A DNA stretch of 64,000 nt from Solirubrobacterales bacterium (GTDB lineage: Bacteria > Actinomycetota > Thermoleophilia > Solirubrobacterales > 70-9). The number at the start of each line of letters is the position of its first letter. Within the stretch, counting starts at the first letter, position 1. The notes below the pieces were generated by a model. It was not told the DNA's origin and did not search any database. It saw nothing but the letters and a program-made list of their open reading frames with translations. Shown one piece after another: positions 62,271-64,000 of this stretch. The DNA lies in NCBI GenBank assembly GCA_035273795.1, contig DATEOT010000052.1, positions 471 through 64,470 of the forward strand, read 5' to 3'. Made by a program: the position numbers and the translations under genes.

Positions 62271-62427
62271 TGTTTGACTATACCGATTTCCATAGAGATG
62301 GGCACAACTTCTTGGTCGCGCCTACAGGAGGAAGCGACAGGGAGGGCCCTCCGTCGCAAATTTGGGAGGCTCCTCCGGGCCCTCCCCAGTCGCTATTCCG
62401 GAAGGCGTCGCTGGTTCTGGTGGCCGG

Positions 62428-63189
62428 CTAGCTCTGGCGGGCTACCTTGGCAGCCTCGGTGCTGCCCAGGTACGGGGTGAGGGTGAACTCGACCAGGTCG
62501 GGAAGGAGGGATTCGAGCTCCTCGCGGCGATCGGCGAAGATGCGGCGGGAGATCAGCGAGACCATGCCGCCGACCAAAGCCTCCTCGGTCGTCGGCGAGA
62601 GACCCGCGAGCACCTCTTTGGATCGGCCCTCGCGGCCAGCCTGGAAGTAAGGGACCAGGCTCTGAATGGCGGCGTCGTAGCGCTCCACCACCACCGGGCC
62701 CGCCACCAGGGCCTCCACCATGCTGAGCCGGGCGAGATGAGGCTCGGCCGTCAGGAACTCGAGCATCGCCGCGATCCCGGCGCGGATCGCCTGCGGCCAT
62801 TCCTCCTCCTGCTCGAACGCCTCTCCCACCCGGCCGCGAAGCTCGGTCATCACCGTGTCGTAGGCGGCGACGAAGCACTCGTCCTTACTGCTGAAGTGCT
62901 CGTAGAAGGTGCGCCTGGAGACGGCGGCGTGGCGGGTGATGTGGGCAATCGTCGTGCCGGCGTATCCGTTTTCGGCGACGGCCTCGGCAAGGCCCGCGAT
63001 CAGTCGCTCGCGCTGGTTCCGCGCGACGAACTCGCGCGGCAAGCCGTGCCGTCCCGGCGGAAGTCGAGCCAGCTCGGGCGGGAACTCTGGAGACTCGATG
63101 GAGTTGACTGGATCGCGCAAGAGAACCGACGATACCGATCCAGACGAGCGGGGCCTAGGTTGGCCAACTGGCCAGTTTCTTGAACCCAT
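62428..63189 (-). CDS. TetR-family transcriptional regulator
   Basis: LPPGRHGLPREFVARNQRERL...GYAGTTIAHITRHAAVSRRTFYEHFSSKDECF. Confidence 0.85.
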   Translation of the reverse strand: MGSRNWPVGQPRPRSSGSVSSVLLRDPVNSIESPEFPPELARLPPGRHGLPREFVARNQRERLIAGLAEAVAENGYAGTTIAHITRHAAVSRRTFYEHFSSKDECFVAAYDTVMTELRGRVGEAFEQEEEWPQAIRAGIAAMLEFLTAEPHLARLSMVEALVAGPVVVERYDAAIQSLVPYFQAGREGRSKEVLAGLSPTTEEALVGGMVSLISRRIFADRREELESLLPDLVEFTLTPYLGSTEAAKVARQS

Positions 63190-63192
63190 GGC

Positions 63193-63960
63193 TCAATCCG
63201 GAGGCGCCGTCCGGGCGCCGTCCGTCTCATCGGCTCTGGCTGTCGCCCGTGCGGCCTCAGCTCCCAGGTAGGAAGTCAAGGCGAACTCGACCAGCTCCGG
63301 AAGCAAGGTGGGAATCGCGCCTTGCTCCCCATTGGCGAGGCGCTGGTAGACGATCCAGAAGACGCCGCCCACGATCGCCTCCTCCAGGGCCTCTGGAAGC
63401 TCGGCCCCATAGGGGGTGACATCGCGTCCAAGTCGCAGCAGGGAGACGAACGCCTGCTGGGACTCCTCGTGGTACTCCACCGCCGCCGGTCCGGCGGAGA
63501 GCGACTCCACCATGCAGGTCCGCGCCAACGCCGGCTCCGCCGCCACGTAGTCGAGGAAGGCGGTGAGCCCGGCGCGAATCCGCCGGGGCCAGTCGTCGTG
63601 GGTTCCCGCGGCCTCGACGACCCGTTCGAGGGCCGTCGACATCGCCAGCTCCTGCGTCGCCAGGAAGCATTCCTCCTTGGAGCCGAAGTTCTCGTAGAAG
63701 GTCTTGCGAGCGATTCCCGCCCGCTTGACGATGTCCGCCACTGTCACCGCCCGATAACCCTGCTCGGAGGTCTCCTCTGCGAGGGCGGCGATGATCCTGG
63801 CTCGCTGATGGCGAGCGATGAACTCGCGCGGTAGCCGTTGCCCTCCCGGAATTGGACGCGTTGTTGAATAAGAGGGCACGAACGAAACAGTACTGGAGTC
63901 GAACCGCTGCGTCGCCGGAAACGCCAAACGGATACCGTTTAGGTACCGATATACAGACAA
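63193..63960 (-). CDS. TetR-family transcriptional regulator
   Basis: GGQRLPREFIARHQRARI...GYRAVTVADIVKRAGIARKTFYENFGSKEECF. It lies 3 nt upstream of its paralog. Confidence 0.85.
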   Translation of the reverse strand: MSVYRYLNGIRLAFPATQRFDSSTVSFVPSYSTTRPIPGGQRLPREFIARHQRARIIAALAEETSEQGYRAVTVADIVKRAGIARKTFYENFGSKEECFLATQELAMSTALERVVEAAGTHDDWPRRIRAGLTAFLDYVAAEPALARTCMVESLSAGPAAVEYHEESQQAFVSLLRLGRDVTPYGAELPEALEEAIVGGVFWIVYQRLANGEQGAIPTLLPELVEFALTSYLGAEAARATARADETDGARTAPPD

Positions 63961-64000
63961 GATGTTTTATCGATCTTTAGACCGGGCGGGGAATTTGACC

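Overview
High-GC (by eye about 70-75% in most genes) chromosomal segment that looks actinobacterial, possibly Thermoleophilia/Rubrobacteria-like; that placement is inference from gene content and protein style only. Most of the window is housekeeping. It holds ccmABCD next to hemA-hemC-cobA/hemD, then birA, a large SF2 helicase, a TlpA-like thioredoxin, an NfeD/SPFH pair, galT and a VapBC pair beside tRNA-Arg(CCT). Further on are pyrE, an L,D-transpeptidase, a class A PBP, thiL and an MprAB/PepD-like two-component system with an HtrA protease. These are followed by treT+otsA, the conserved rpsF-ssb-rpsR-rplI-dnaB block with a DnaC-like loader, and purA. The right-hand end carries an MFS pump, a GGDEF protein, a LexA-box-controlled imuB-like/dnaE2 cassette and several TetR regulators. 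The accessory part is about 38.4-50.3 kb. It is visibly lower in GC and has larger intergenic gaps. It encodes mostly signal-peptide proteins with no recognisable enzymatic family: two mid-size secreted proteins, a 1028-aa protein built from a repeated Cys-pair module, a PD40 beta-propeller protein, a membrane-anchored collagen-like protein, and two tandem paralogous small secreted proteins with their own terminators. I consider this island the best candidate for an undescribed cell-surface or fibre-type system. Other unusual signals are small palindromic repeat elements inserted in frame into essential genes (birA, dnaE2) and a second repeat family in intergenic regions. Many long ORFs in the supplied track are antisense or off-frame shadow ORFs typical of high-GC DNA and were rejected. 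All similarity statements are from memory of family motifs. No database search was run.
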